A stretch of 64,000 nucleotides of DNA, taken from the NCBI GenBank assembly GCA_951406725.2, contig OX597835.1, positions 4,092,001 through 4,156,000 on the forward strand, written 5' to 3'. This document shows, one piece after another, positions 1-12,215 of the stretch; within the stretch, counting starts at the first letter, position 1; every line of letters starts with the position of its first letter. The translations under genes were made by a program, and so were the position numbers. This stretch comes from Octopus vulgaris. Lineage: Eukaryota. Below the pieces are notes generated by a model, which was given only the letters and a program-made list of their open reading frames with translations, did no database searches and was not told the DNA's origin.

Positions 1-419
1 TGATAATAATGATAATAATAATAATAATGATAATAATAATAATAAATAATGATAATAAGGATGTAAACATCAGTATATATATATATATATACTACAAGTG
101 TTATAACTAATAAATCCTGGGGTCGATTTGCTTGACTAAAGGTGGTGCTCCAGCATGGCCACAGTCAAATGACTGAAACAAGTAAAGGAAAGGAATATAT
201 ATCCCGTGCTAGCACGGAAAACGGACGTTAAACGATGATGATGATGATGATGATATATATAAACACACACACAAATACACAATACATGCACACTCAAACA
301 CACAGCTATACAGACATTTCAAAAGTAAATAGACACCCCTTAATTATACCAATTTTATCTGCGCTGACACTACTTGGGCACTTCAAATTTGTTAATATAT
401 TATGCACAAGGCATGTCTA

Positions 420-1050
420 CTGGCGCTCCGTCAGTTACAAGTGATTTAGTTGATCCAATCAGCAGAACAGCCTGCCTGTGAAATGAACATGCAATTGGCT
501 GAGAACTCCATAGACAAGTGTTATTTATTTTTTTATTTATGCGCCCTTTTCAAGCCTAGCCAGACTCATGGGCCCAGTTTCCCGGTTTCTATGGCGTATG
601 TGTTCCCCCCAGCTGGACGGGACACCAGTCCATCGCAGTGTTACTCAAGAAACAGGAAGAGAGAGTGAGAGAAAGTTGGGGGGTGAAAGAGTACAACAGG
701 GGTTGCCACCACCCCCTGCTGGAGCCTCGTGGAGCTTTAGGTTTTTTGCTCAGTAAACACACTCAATCGAAACCGCGATCCTCCGACCGTGAGTTCACTG
801 CCCTAACCTCTGGGCCATTGCGCCTCTACCTAGACAAGTGTACCCTTAACATAATTCTCAAGGCGATTCAGTACATGACACAAAATGTCACAAGGCTGAC
901 CCTTTTGAAACACATTTTTGCCAACTGAGTGGACTGGAACAACATGCAATAAAGTGTCTTGCTCAAGGACACAATGCTTCAATAAGTGTCAAGCTCACAA
1001 CCTTATGATTGGGAACCAAAAACACCAGAGGCACTTAGCCATGTGCCTTC
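420..1050 (-). mobile_element. tRNA-derived SINE family C (interrupted by nested family D copy)
   Basis: Reverse complement matches plus-strand copies at 8748-9030 and 30590-30895 (gtgtccttgagcaagacacttt...ccagtccactcag...cacg/aggcaggctgttc). Confidence 0.8.
522..830 (-). mobile_element. tRNA-derived SINE (family D-related), nested, with 11-bp TSD
   Basis: Related to 5465-5775; flanked by direct repeat TAGACAAGTGT at 511-521 and 831-841; A-rich tail. Confidence 0.85.
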
Positions 1051-1291
1051 ATGGTTGGCCTACTAAATATTAGGTTAAATATTTTAATGCACTGAATAAA
1101 ATTATTTATTTTCTAGATATAAATCTTTACTTCTGAGATGTCTGTGTGTCTGTCAGTCTATCTGTCTGTCTGTCTGACTGTCTGTCTGTTTGTCTGTCTG
1201 ACTACCTGCCAGCTTACCTGCCTATGTATGTATGTATGTATGTATGTATGTATCTATCTATCTACCTATCTATCTAGCTATCTAGCTCTCT

Positions 1292-1341
<50 letters not shown>

Positions 1342-1365
1342 CTACCTATCTACCTATCTATCTAG

Positions 1366-1437
<72 letters not shown>

Positions 1438-1440
1438 ATA

Positions 1441-1652
1441 CTGGGTTGGCCAGAAGTCACCCAACAGTGAATCAAAATTCCATAAATACCATTTGTAATT
1501 CTCTATTGATTCAAATAGAAAAATGTGCCACTCAAGAAAGATTTCAGTTCGAACAATTTTCATGACGTTTCATATTTAGATGCTTTTATTAAATTCATTG
1601 TTAAACATAAATAAATATTGTAATTAAATGGTCGGGTGACTTTTGGCCAAAC

Positions 1653-1655
<3 letters not shown>
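1441..1655. mobile_element. Tc1/mariner-type MITE
   Basis: Imperfect ~25-bp TIRs ctgggttggccagaagtcacccaac / gtcgggtgacttttggccaaaccta, in TA-rich context, no ORF. Confidence 0.65.
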
Positions 1656-1741
<86 letters not shown>

Positions 1742-2017
1742 CACATCCATATATACATCTATCTAACCATATAAATACATATATTTATCCATATCAATCC
1801 ACACATAGACACACATATTTATTCTTTTATTTGTTTCAGTCATGTGACTGTGGCCATGCTGGAGCACAACCTTTAGTCGATGAAATCAATCCCAGGACTT
1901 ATTCCTTGTAAGCCTAGTACTTATCCTATTGGTCTCTTTTGCCGAACTGCTAAGTTTCGGGGGACATAAACACACCAATATTGGTTGTCAAGCGATGGTG
2001 AGGGGGGAGGGGACACA

Positions 2018-2154
2018 AAAACAGACACACAAACATATACACACACACATATGTATGCATGCATGCATGCATACATATGTGTGTGTGTATATGTTTGTGT
2101 GTCTGTTTTCTACGAGGCTCCAGTAGAGCCTCATAGAAAACAGACACACAAACA
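2018..2154. repeat. Perfect 92-bp palindrome followed by overlapping second hairpin at the end of a truncated family A SINE
   Basis: 2018-2109 is self-complementary about 2063/2064; 2092-2154 forms a second inverted repeat reusing the right arm. Confidence 0.9.
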
Positions 2155-2308
2155 GGATTTAGATAAAATTTTAATCAACAGAAGTATATATATTATGGGA
2201 GTGGTTCTCAACCATTTTTCTCCTTTGGACCCTATCATTCCTATTTCATTCCACAGGACCTCCACAGCCATTCAATGAGTATTACAAAAAACCTTATTCT
2301 ATTTTTAT

Positions 2309-2723
2309 AGGAGTGGCTGTGTGGTAAGTAGCTTGCTTACCAACCACATGGTTCCGGGTTCAGTCCCACTGCGTGGCACCTTGGGCAAGTGTCTTCTACT
2401 ATAGCCTCAGGCCGACCAAAGCCTTGTGAGTGGATTTGGTAGATGGAAACTGAAAGAAGCCCGTCGTATATATATATGTATATATATATATATATATATG
2501 TATGTTTGTGTGTCTGTGCTTGTCCCCCTAGCATTGCTTGACAACCGATGCTGGTGTGTTTATGTCCCCGTTACTTAGCGGTTCGGCAAAAGAGACTGAT
2601 AAAATAAGTACTGGGCTTACAAATGAATAAGTCCCGGGGTCGAGTTGCTCGATTAAAGGCGGTGCTCCAGCATGGCCGCAGTTAAATGACTGAAACAAGT
2701 AAAAGAGTAAAAGAGTAAAAGAG
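2309..2723 (+). mobile_element. tRNA-derived SINE family A (internal TA/TG microsatellite, agtaaaag-repeat tail)
   Basis: Pol III A box tggctgtgtgg and B-box-like ggttcagtcc; near-identical copies elsewhere in the window. Confidence 0.9.
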
Positions 2724-2794
2724 TATATGTTTTTAGGAATTGTATTAAAAAATTGTTTAAATGTTTTGTAAATTGCAGAAATGTGATGAATATA

Positions 2795-3009
2795 TTCTTT
2801 TATTCTTTTAATTGTTTCAGTCATTTGAGTGCGGCCATGCTGGGGCACCGCCTGAAAGAGTTTTTTGTAGTCAAAGAAATTGACCCAAGACTTATTCTTT
2901 GTAAGGCTTATGCTTATTCTGTCAGTCACTTTTGCTGAACTGCTAAGACCAACATCAGTTGTCAAGCAATGGTGGGGCTGATAAACACAGACACAAAGAC
3001 ACACACACA

Positions 3010-3097
<88 letters not shown>

Positions 3098-3545
3098 ATT
3101 TAAAAATAGGATAAAATCTTCATAAGAATTTATCAAGTAGTTAGCGTGAAAAACCTCAGAAGAGAAAAAATGTCTTGCTTCAAGAGTTGCATTTGGTGCA
3201 ATATGTTTATTCATTTTAGTAGTTTGATTTTAAGAGCCCCTCCTAGCATGTGGCATTTATGTGTAATAATGCCCTCTATATAATATATATCATCATCATC
3301 GTTTAACGTCCGCTTTCGATGATGATGATATATATTATATAGAGGGCATTATTACACATAAATGCATATATATAAATATATATATGCAATGGGCTTCTTT
3401 CAGTTTCTGTCTAGCAAATCCACTCACAAGGATTAGGTTGTCCCAAAGCTATCGTAGAAGACACTTGCCCAAGGTGTCATGCAGTGGGACTGAATTGAGA
3501 ACCTTGTGGCTGGAAAGCAAGGTACTTACCACACAGCCACATCTG
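2795..3545 (-). mobile_element. Older SINE family A copy split by inserted sequence
   Basis: Tail half at 2795-3010 and head half at 3385-3545 match family A in reverse complement. Confidence 0.65.
3253..3365. repeat. Perfect 49-bp inverted repeat with 15-nt spacer
   Basis: Arms 3253-3301 and 3317-3365. The spacer plus (cat)n is the reverse complement of the retroelement tail cggacgttaaacgatgatg seen at ~221-250. Confidence 0.9.
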
Positions 3546-4000
3546 CATATGAACTTTAACAATAAAGTCTTATATGGACCCCGGTTGAGAGCCACTGTAT
3601 TACAGTCAAAGGATTTTTTTTTAAAGCATTGAAATTGTTTTGGAGGGTCACAAAATTAAATTTTCATTAACAATATAATGTGATTATTTTGTTTGCAAAT
3701 ATTTCAGTAAAAGCTGCCAGAAAATAGAGAAAGTGTTTTTATCTTTGGTGAATAAAATTATATCAACTTCAGGTCATGAAAGGGAGCTTCTTTAAGATGT
3801 TAACTCAACCTATTAAAAATAGCAACCGAATCCCTTCACAAATAACAGGCTACTCAAGGGAGAGACATGTGAGACAGTCTAGTAACCCCATACTCTTTGT
3901 CCAAGAGAAGAATAGGATGGTTAGGGGACGGTGGGGGAATACACTTCTTTTATCCTAGCTATTCTCGGTCATCACTCACCTGGAGCTAAACACTACAAAA

Positions 4001-4043
<43 letters not shown>

Positions 4044-4348
4044 TGCATTCTCATTACTGTTTACAATGTTTCCCCGTTCTATATTTAAGTGCCTCTTAAT
4101 AAGGTTGAGATTTAAACTTAATTATCAGTTGTGATTCAGTGGTGGTGGTGGTGGAAGTGAGGAGTTCGGGGGGGGGGGGGGTATTTAGAAGGTTAAATAT
4201 TCTCAAATCAAATTGCTGAGGTTAATTAATTAGTCTAATTATAGTAAAACTGGTCTGATTTAATTAATGACTTGAAAGAGCTACTTGTCTGTACAATTAA
4301 GCTTTTACTTCAGAATATATTATAATATATATATATATTATCCTAACA

Positions 4349-4534
4349 GGCGTAGGAGTGGCTCTGTGGTAAGTAGCTTGCTTATGAACCACATGGTTCC
4401 AGGTTCAGTCCCACTGCGTGGCACCTTGGGCAAGTGTCTTCTACTATAGCCTCGGGCCGACCAAAGCCTTGTGAGTAGATTTGGTAGACGGAATCTGAAA
4501 GAAGCCCATCGTATATATGTATATATATACGATA

Positions 4535-4617
<83 letters not shown>

Positions 4618-4822
4618 ATATGTTTGTGTGTCTGTGTTTGACCCCTCAAGATCGTCGGTGTGTTTATGTACCCGTAACTTAGTGGTTCGGCAAAAAAGAG
4701 ACCGATAGAATAAGTACTAGGCTTGCAAAGAATAAGTCCTGAGGGGTCGATTTGCTCGACTAAAGGCGGTGCTCCAGCATGGCCGCAGTCAAATGACTGA
4801 AACAAGTAAAAGAGTAAAAGAG
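4349..4822 (+). mobile_element. SINE family A, full length
   Basis: Same head, body and tail as 2309-2723. Confidence 0.9.
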
Positions 4823-4898
4823 AAACGAAATGATAAAGATGGAATTGTCAAGGCTGGAATGGCTTTGACACCAGGGTTTGTTCTATTGAAGTTGATAT

Positions 4899-5330
4899 AT
4901 GAAGGGTTAGTTTGGAAAGAGACGCCATGGTACAAACCAACAGCAGATCGTTTCCTTGGTAACGGAAGGTTAAAACTCGTCATTGTTCACTTTATTTATT
5001 CCAAGAACTATGAAGACCGTCTCCAGACCTAGTCACCATTTAGACGGAAGTCTAAGAAACAGATTTGGTCTAAGATTCATTTCCGAATGGTTTGTTGAAC
5101 ATTTGTGCCATAAAACGTCATTGAGAGAATAATTTCCAGGCCAAGATATTTCTGCTTTTTGGACAATTCTGTTGGTCGTCTTTCTACAGAGTAATTTCTG
5201 AGAGTAATTTCTGTTTTCAAGGATTAATCTTAGAAGAACTTTAATTCAGACGATTACAGTGACTGATGATTGTCATTAGTCATTAGTCCATCAAAGAACT
5301 CTGGAAAAATTACATGATACACACCATATT
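4899..5330 (+). pseudogene. Highly decayed Tigger/pogo transposase remnant
   Basis: Fragments YEGLVWKETP (cf. DETGLFWKxMP), KPTADRF..GNGRLKL, FSEWFVEH and IFLL-DNSVG (cf. VLLLLDNAPGH) across frameshifts. Confidence 0.55.
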
Positions 5331-5464
5331 TCATCTTAATTATTCTATTATGCACACAATAAAACAAAATAATGCGTTGTTCAAGAAGTTAAAGAGACTT
5401 GTTTAAGGTTTAGTTTAAGGAATATCATTGAAGAGAGGATGAAACAATGACTATCAGCGATATA

Positions 5465-5775
5465 GTGGAGGCATATGGCCTAGTGGTTAGAGCAGCGGAC
5501 TCGCGGTCGAGGGATCGCGGGTTCGAATCTCAGAACGGGCGATGTGTGTGTTTATGAACGAAACACAGAGCTCCACGCGGCTCCGGCAGAAGGTAATGGC
5601 GAAATTCTGCTGACTCTTTCGCCACAACTTTCTCTCACTCTTTCCTCCTGCATCTTGCAGCTCACCTGCGACGGACCGGCGTCCCGTCCAGGTGGGGAAC
5701 CTATATGCCAAGGGAACCGGGAAACCGGCCCTTATGAGCTAGGCATGGCTTGGGAAGAAACAAACAACAAAACAA
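5465..5775 (+). mobile_element. tRNA-derived SINE family D, full length
   Basis: A box tggcctagtgg, B box ggttcgaatct, (aac)n tail; TSD ATCAGC(G/A)ATAT at 5453-5463 and 5776-5786. Confidence 0.88.
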
Positions 5776-5944
5776 ATCAGCAATATGGCACCAGAGCAGA
5801 TAGCGAAGGGAGCGGAATTTGAAGGAATTGGTGTGAATTATAGTTAGGATTTATTGCACCCTGATAATGAGTCCCTGACTTATGAAGACCGCAAAACAAC
5901 CAGAAGTAGCAAAGTAAAGATTCCTCTACAACTGGTTTTAACAA

Positions 5945-5991
<47 letters not shown>

Positions 5992-5994
5992 AGA

Positions 5995-6037
<43 letters not shown>

Positions 6038-6340
6038 TGTGTGTGCATGATTACTTTTTACATATGTGTCTTTGTAGACGCATACAACCGAGAGTGTGCA
6101 TATATTTTTTTTAAGAACCTCAAAGGGAGAATCTTTGAAATGTTTTACAGAGTTTAGCTGTGTCACTAACAGATTAGATTTGGGGAGCGCGGGTCAGTTT
6201 CTTTTACTCCTTTTTAGAAAATTCCAGACACATAGATAAACGACAACTATACAGCTACGTGTAAATACAAGCACACACATCCATACAAACATACATATGA
6301 TATATATTATCCGAAATGTACAGTATTATATATCCATCAT

Positions 6341-6432
6341 GGCTGATTTTACCAATCGGTTTCGTGCAAAGAATACAATGGAGTGTTAGGTAACAATCCG
6401 ATTATATAACCTTACGCTCATCAGAGTTAGCC
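6341..6432 (-). ncRNA. Type-I hammerhead ribozyme motif
   Basis: Minus strand GGCUAACU-CUGAUGA-GCGUAAGG...CUUUGCAC-GAAA-CCGAUUGG-UA-AAAUCAGCC; stem I is partly decayed relative to the 7279 copy. Confidence 0.7.
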
Positions 6433-7278
6433 GATATGGAAAGGAATATGATGACAACTCTCTATTATGGGAGGTGGATTAACACAACCGGTCAGCGACT
6501 GCCTTGAAAAAGCTGGTGAAGCGAAAAAGGGCCAGGGGTTAGGTTAGGAGTTATGTCCCTTGGTTGGGTATGCTGTGAGGCCGGTAAGGGTTATCTTGAA
6601 GTCTTTGTGGGGAAAGTGTGCATTATTAAGTGTGGTGCTCCTGTGGGGATGGTGTGTGTGGTGTCATATGCATAATGTTTTCCGGGGTGTAAGTATATAT
6701 AGCTGTGTTCGTTGCTCTGTTTTCTTTCCGCAAATGATGAGGTCGTGGGGTTTTAAGTTAACGTGTAGTGTGTAATGTGTGTGTGTGTGAGGTTTATATA
6801 TGTGTGGGGGTACAATGTGTGTGAAGGGGTATATGTTGGGGGTAATGGGAGTATATGTTGGGGGTATCCGCCTTATAGGGACATACATGTGTGTACATGG
6901 GCGCATTGGTGTGTGCTTTGCCTGGTCTGAGGGCATTGGTGGAAGGTCGAGGCCGGGGACCTGTGCTTGCAGTCATGGTGGGGTGCGCAGGTACGATAGG
7001 ATGTACTTCCTTTCATGTGGGCAAGACCTTATCCTTTACAGAAAGAAAAAAAAGACCAACGAACACTGTTATATGAACTTATATCCCCGGAAAAAATTAT
7101 GCAAATGACACCACTACACATATCACACACCCCATCCCCACAGGAGCACCACATTAATAATGCACACTTTCCCTACAACCACTTCAAGATAACCCTTACC
7201 AGCCTCACAGCATACTCAACCGGTTGTGTTAATCCACTTCCGACAATAGAGAGCTGTCGCAATATTCCCTTCCATATC

Positions 7279-7370
7279 GGCTATCTCTGATGAGCGTAAG
7301 GTTATATAATCGGATTGTTACCTAACACTCCATTGTATTCCTTGCACGAAACCGATTGGTAAGATCAGCC
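7279..7370 (+). ncRNA. Type-I hammerhead ribozyme motif with expanded loop II
   Basis: Stem I GGCUAUCU/AGAU(C)AGCC; core CUGAUGA 7287-7293; stem II GCGUAAGG/CCUUGCAC (7 of 8 paired); GAAA 7348-7351; self-complementary stem III ACCGAUUGGU; predicted cleavage after GUA at 7361. Confidence 0.85.
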
Positions 7371-7539
7371 ATGATGGATATATTAATACTATATATTTCG
7401 GATAAACTCTATTGACAGATATACGAGTGCATCTTTTCCCTGACTTACTGTCTCTTAGATGACTCGCACGCACGTACACACGCACGCACGCACGCACGCA
7501 CACACACATACATATGTACGTAGGTATGTATATATAAAC

Positions 7540-7945
7540 TTTGGAAACGTTAGCACGCCGGGCGAAATGCTTAGCGGTATTTCATCTGCCGTTACGTTCT
7601 GAGTTCAAATTCCGCCAAGGTCGACTTTACCTTTCATCCTTTCGGGATCAATTAAATAAGTACCAGTTACGCACTGGGGTCGATATAATCGACTTAATCT
7701 GTTTGTCTGTCCTTGTTTGTCCTCTGTGTGTTTAGCCCCTTGTGGGTAGTAAAGAAATAGGTACTTCGTCTGACGTTACGTTCTGAGTTCAAATTACGCC
7801 GAGGTCGACTTTGCTTTTCATCCTTTTGGGGTCGATTAAATAAGTACCAGTCACGCACTGGGGTCGATGTAATCGACTTAATCCCATTGTCTGTCCTTGT
7901 TTGTCCCCTCTATGTTTAGCCCCTTGTGGGAAATAAAGAAATAAG
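7540..7945 (+). mobile_element. SINE family B, two tandem partial copies
   Basis: gagttcaaattccgcc B box and cctttcatcctttcggggtcgat...aagtaccag central domain (resembles the Meta-type SINE domain as I recall it); matches 36451-36680. Confidence 0.85.
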
Positions 7946-8064
7946 AAATAGTTTCCGAAATACACGCCGGAAAAGCCAAAAATTGATACACAGTAAAAGG
8001 AAACTCTTATTAATGAATAGGAATTTGATAAGAGAAAAACGATTTTGTACAGAGGCTAAATTAG

Positions 8065-8420
8065 GATTTAAAATCAATAAAGCTCTTTGAATATCTATTC
8101 ATATTTGCAGACAAAAAGACTAATCTATACAAGGAAATGTATAAACATCTCTTAGATAATAGCATTACAAAGTTCAGCCGCAATGACCAACCGCAACACA
8201 ATGAAATAAATACAAAAGCACAACAAACAACCACAAAACATGACATCCAAAGCAAACTTAAATACCTCGATAAAGAAAACAAGAAAGCAACAAAAAAACT
8301 GCGGCCGTCATCGCACGGAAGAACCACCGAGCGAGAAACTTTCGAAATCGTACTCAAAAGTAAACTCGTTAATGTGTAATCGAAAATGATTTTGATGGAG
8401 AGAATTGAAAATGCAAAACT
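8065..8420 (+). pseudogene. Penelope-like element reverse transcriptase N-terminal fragment
   Basis: In-frame DLKSIKLFEYLFIFADKKTNLYKEMYKHLLDNSITK...EINTKAQQ...ETFEIVLKSKLVN. This resembles the PLE pattern FADKTxNxY...YxKLLxxNITK...KENFxNxPKCRLINP. Confidence 0.65.
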
Positions 8421-8747
8421 TCTCCTGTCCCTCAACAACATTGACAAGCAGACAGAAATGGCGCCTACACTATCAGAAGTGGTCAATGACTTACTAGAAT
8501 AATTTCATCTTTGATGAATCCTCAAAGTAGTCTCTAACCTAAACTGTTTGGCCCCCGACCGTGAAGCCTGGAGGTGGCTCTGGGACGATTTCAGCAACCA
8601 TATCATAGAACATTCTCTTGGCTCTTGCTCTACAGAGCAGAGTTAACACCAAGGATTATCTGAGTATTTCTGGTTGGTCCATCTTATGCTACGTTGTTCC
8701 CCGATGGCAGTGCAAAGCTCCCAGGATGACAATCTCCCCAATCAAGT

Positions 8748-9030
8748 GAAGGCGCGTGGCTCAGTGATTTGGGCGTTCGGTTCATGATCATTGTGTCCTT
8801 GAGCAAGACACTTTATTTCACGTTGCTCCAGTTCACTCACCTGGCAAAAATGAGTAGTACCTTTATTTCAAAAGGGCCAGTCTTGTCACACTCTGAGTCA
8901 CGCTGAATCTCCCTGAGAACTACGTTAAGGGGACGCGTGTCTGTGGAGTGCTCAGCCACTTGCACGTTAATTTCACGAGCAGGCTGTTCCGCTGTTCGGA
9001 TCAAGTGGAACCCTCGTCGTGGTAACCGGC
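8748..9030 (+). mobile_element. SINE family C
   Basis: Matches 30590-30895. Confidence 0.85.
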
Positions 9031-9309
9031 GGAATACCGGTTGTTCAGAATTTGTCCAAAGAACACAAAATGTGAAGAAGACCACTCGGACTGTCCCTCG
9101 CCCCTCCAACACCACCCCCAACGATCACCGGATCTAACGTTTGTTCTGAATTTTGGATCACATTTTCCCCCTTTGCCATCATTACCGAAAGAACTAAAGC
9201 AGTTGAGTAATGGTTTGAACATTTCCTAACAAATGCTCAGGACCTGTAAGAGTCAATTCCTCGGCGTATTAGCGCTGTGACTGATGCCAAAGCTGGACAA
9301 ACTCCATAC

Positions 9310-9728
9310 TCTTTTACTCTTTCACTCTTTCACTTGCTTAAGTCATGTGACTGTGGTCATGCTGGAGCATAGCTTTTAGTCGAGCAAATCGCCCCCAGGA
9401 CTTATTCTTTGTAAGCCTAGTACTTATTCTAGCGGTCTCTTTTTCCGAACCACTAAGTTACGGGGACGTGAACATACCAGCATCGGTTGTCAAGCGATGT
9501 TGGGGAGACAACCACAGACACACAATCATATGCACACATACACACACACATATATATATATACATATACACGACGGGCTCCTTTCAGTTTCCATCTACCA
9601 AATCCACTCACAAGGCTTTGGTCAGTCCGAGGCTATAGTAGAAGACACTTGCCCAAGGTGCCACGCAGTGGGACTGAACCTGGAACCATGTAGTTGGTAA
9701 GCAAGCTACTTACCACACAGCCACTCCT
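9310..9728 (-). mobile_element. SINE family A
   Basis: Reverse complement of the family A consensus seen at 2309-2723. Confidence 0.88.
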
Positions 9729-10072
9729 AAAACTTCAATATAACCAGGGGTTTCTATTATTTTGTACAAACCCTGCATACACTCACACACACACACACAC
9801 ACTGGTTGGAGAAGCTCTCAGGCAAAATTAAAAACCCGTGTCAATACAAAATCTTTCTAGAAAGATTTGCCTCCTGTCCTGTATTGAGTCCTACCATCAG
9901 TGAATGATCCGTCGCCAAAGTTCCTTCAAATTATATTTAATAACCCCGATTTAATATTTAGTTTTGGTCCAAAACCTCTGCGACTCTACCAGATTCTTGC
10001 AGCGTAGCAAACCCTGCATAAATAAATTCTTGAAAAGAATCTGATGCAATCACTACTGGGATAACCATTACC

Positions 10073-10133
<61 letters not shown>

Positions 10134-10394
10134 CTTCTCTCTCCGTTTCACTCTCTCTCTCACTCCTTCTCTGTCCGTTTCTCTCTCTCTCTCTCTCACT
10201 TAATTACATAGTTCGCGTAATTAGGTTTTTAATAAAAAACATCATTAAATATACATGAACCATTATTGCTTCTACGGGGAATCTGATGGCATTCGTGTTG
10301 GTCTTGTTATTCTGGCGCTTCTGTTTTCTAAAGAGTTTTGCTGTCAACTAAAGGATCCACTGACTCGGCGAGTGATTCTTCTAGGTGGCGATTC

Positions 10395-10575
10395 AAACTG
10401 TTAGAAATAGCAGCTAAACCACTCCCAAAGCAACCAGCACCGACCTAAATAAAGAACACATTAGATATTGAATTACTAGTTTTAGAAATAATTCTAAACT
10501 GATGTGATGGTCGTGGCTGGGATGCCTTTGATCGTAGGTCTTTGTAACGTGGACCTAACTTGATGCTGACAACCA
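10395..10575 (+). mobile_element. Old dispersed repeat (SINE-like 3' module); related copies near 3800-4000, 12270-12380, 12880-13060, 20630-20720, 40560-40720, 60945-61140
   Basis: Recurrent tagaaatagcagctaaa...ggatggtcacggctggaatgcctttgatc...aaacaacaac motifs. Confidence 0.6.
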
Positions 10576-11029
10576 AAATGAAGATGACCTGTCAAGAAAC
10601 TTATTCAATTGAATGCTTTCTCAAAACTCCACCACTTTTGCTTATTAAAAACAGAAAGAGCTGAGTTGGCGCGATGAGCAAACTGTTTTGTCGTCGTCTT
10701 ATTGTGTAGAAAAAGTGTGCCACGAGTACTCCTCCCAAACACACACCCATTTATACAGACACATTACATTTATATACACATACATTTATATACACATACA
10801 TTTATATACACTTACATTTATATACACATACATTTCAAACATTTAGTATATATATATATATATACACAATACAATAAACACATTTAATACACGTGTGTGA
10901 GTGTATATGGATAGGGGGGGGGGTCAATGACCGAATGAATGGATGTGTGTATATGATTGATTGATTGATTGATTGATTCTAGTTTCAGCTCATGAGCTGT
11001 GGCCATGCTGGGGCACGAATGTATTTATT

Positions 11030-11240
11030 TTTCTCTTTTATTCTTTTACTTGTTTCAGTCATTTGACTGCAGCCATGCTGGAGCACCGCCTTTTTTTAGT
11101 CGAGCAAATCGACCCCAGGACTTATTCTTTGTAAGCCTAGTACTTATTCTATCGGTCTCTCTTTTGCCGAACCGCTAATTTACAGGGACGTAAACATAGC
11201 AGCATCGGTTGTCAAGCGATGTTGGGGGGAACAAACACAG

Positions 11241-11284
<44 letters not shown>

Positions 11285-11446
11285 ACACATACATATACGA
11301 CGGGCTTCTTTCAGTTTCCGTCTAACAGATCCACTCACAAGGCTTTGGTCGGCCCGAGGCTATAGAAGAAGACACTTGCCCAAGGTGACACGCAATGGGA
11401 CTGAACCCGGAACCATGTGGTTGGTAAGCAAGCTACTTACCACACA
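11030..11446 (-). mobile_element. SINE family A
   Basis: Reverse complement of family A. Confidence 0.88.
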
Positions 11447-11756
11447 TTCTATGAGTATGTATGCAAATATATATGTGTATATGTGTGTGTGTGTAGATAT
11501 TTACATATATAAAAATATTTGTATATATACACAGACACACACACACATGTATATATATATACATACTGTAAGTAATAGCGATTATAAGTTTTAAGCTTAT
11601 AAGCATTCACCGTGTATTGTGTAAAGAAAATAGTCTAATATTTGGGTACATAAGCCCTCGACGGAAAACAAGTAGGTATTGGTTACCGCGGAAATACACA
11701 TACATCCACATATAATTATATACACACATTCTTACATACATACACACACTCGCACA

Positions 11757-11824
<68 letters not shown>

Positions 11825-11885
11825 CATCCATCCATCCATCCATCCATCCATCCATCCATCCATCCATCCAACCAACCATCCATCC

Positions 11886-11969
<84 letters not shown>

Positions 11970-11999
11970 CTATAGATATATGATATTATATAGCATATA

Positions 12000-12215
12000 T
12001 TGATTTCAAACTTTGGCACAAGGCCAGCAAGTTCGGGTGAGGGAGTTAGTCGATTACATCGACCCCAGTGCTCAGCTGGTATTTATTTTATCGAACCCGA
12101 AAGAATGAAAGGCAAAGTCGACCTCGGCAGAATTTGAATTCAAAACGTGAAGACAGACGAAATGCCGCCAAGCATTTCCACCCGGCGTGCTAACGGTTCT
12201 GCCAGCTCGTCGCCT
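12000..12215 (-). mobile_element. SINE family B variant
   Basis: cccgaaagaatgaaaggcaaagtcgacctcggcagaatttgaa...ctgccagctcgtcgcc. Confidence 0.8.

Larger units (their letters stand above)
2199..3597. mobile_element. hAT-like (Charlie/MER5-type) non-autonomous element containing nested SINEs
   Basis: TIRs (g)agtggttctcaacc / ggttgagagccactg; degenerate 8-bp TSD tattatgg / tattacag. Confidence 0.55.
6307..7405. mobile_element. ~1.1-kb fold-back element with a hammerhead motif in each arm (Penelope pLTR/retrozyme-like)
   Basis: Arms ~6307-6744 and ~7025-7405 are imperfect reverse complements; identity is highest over the ribozyme-bearing outer ends. Confidence 0.8.

Noticed and set aside
2337-2534. 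Recurrent ORF DGLLSVSIYQIHSQGFGRPEAIVEDTCPRCHAVGLNPEPCGW
   Set aside because: Antisense translation of SINE family A; recurrence reflects repeat copies.
5465-5535. tRNA gene-like sequence
   Set aside because: SINE head: no acceptor stem closure, and it continues into the SINE body, tail and TSD.
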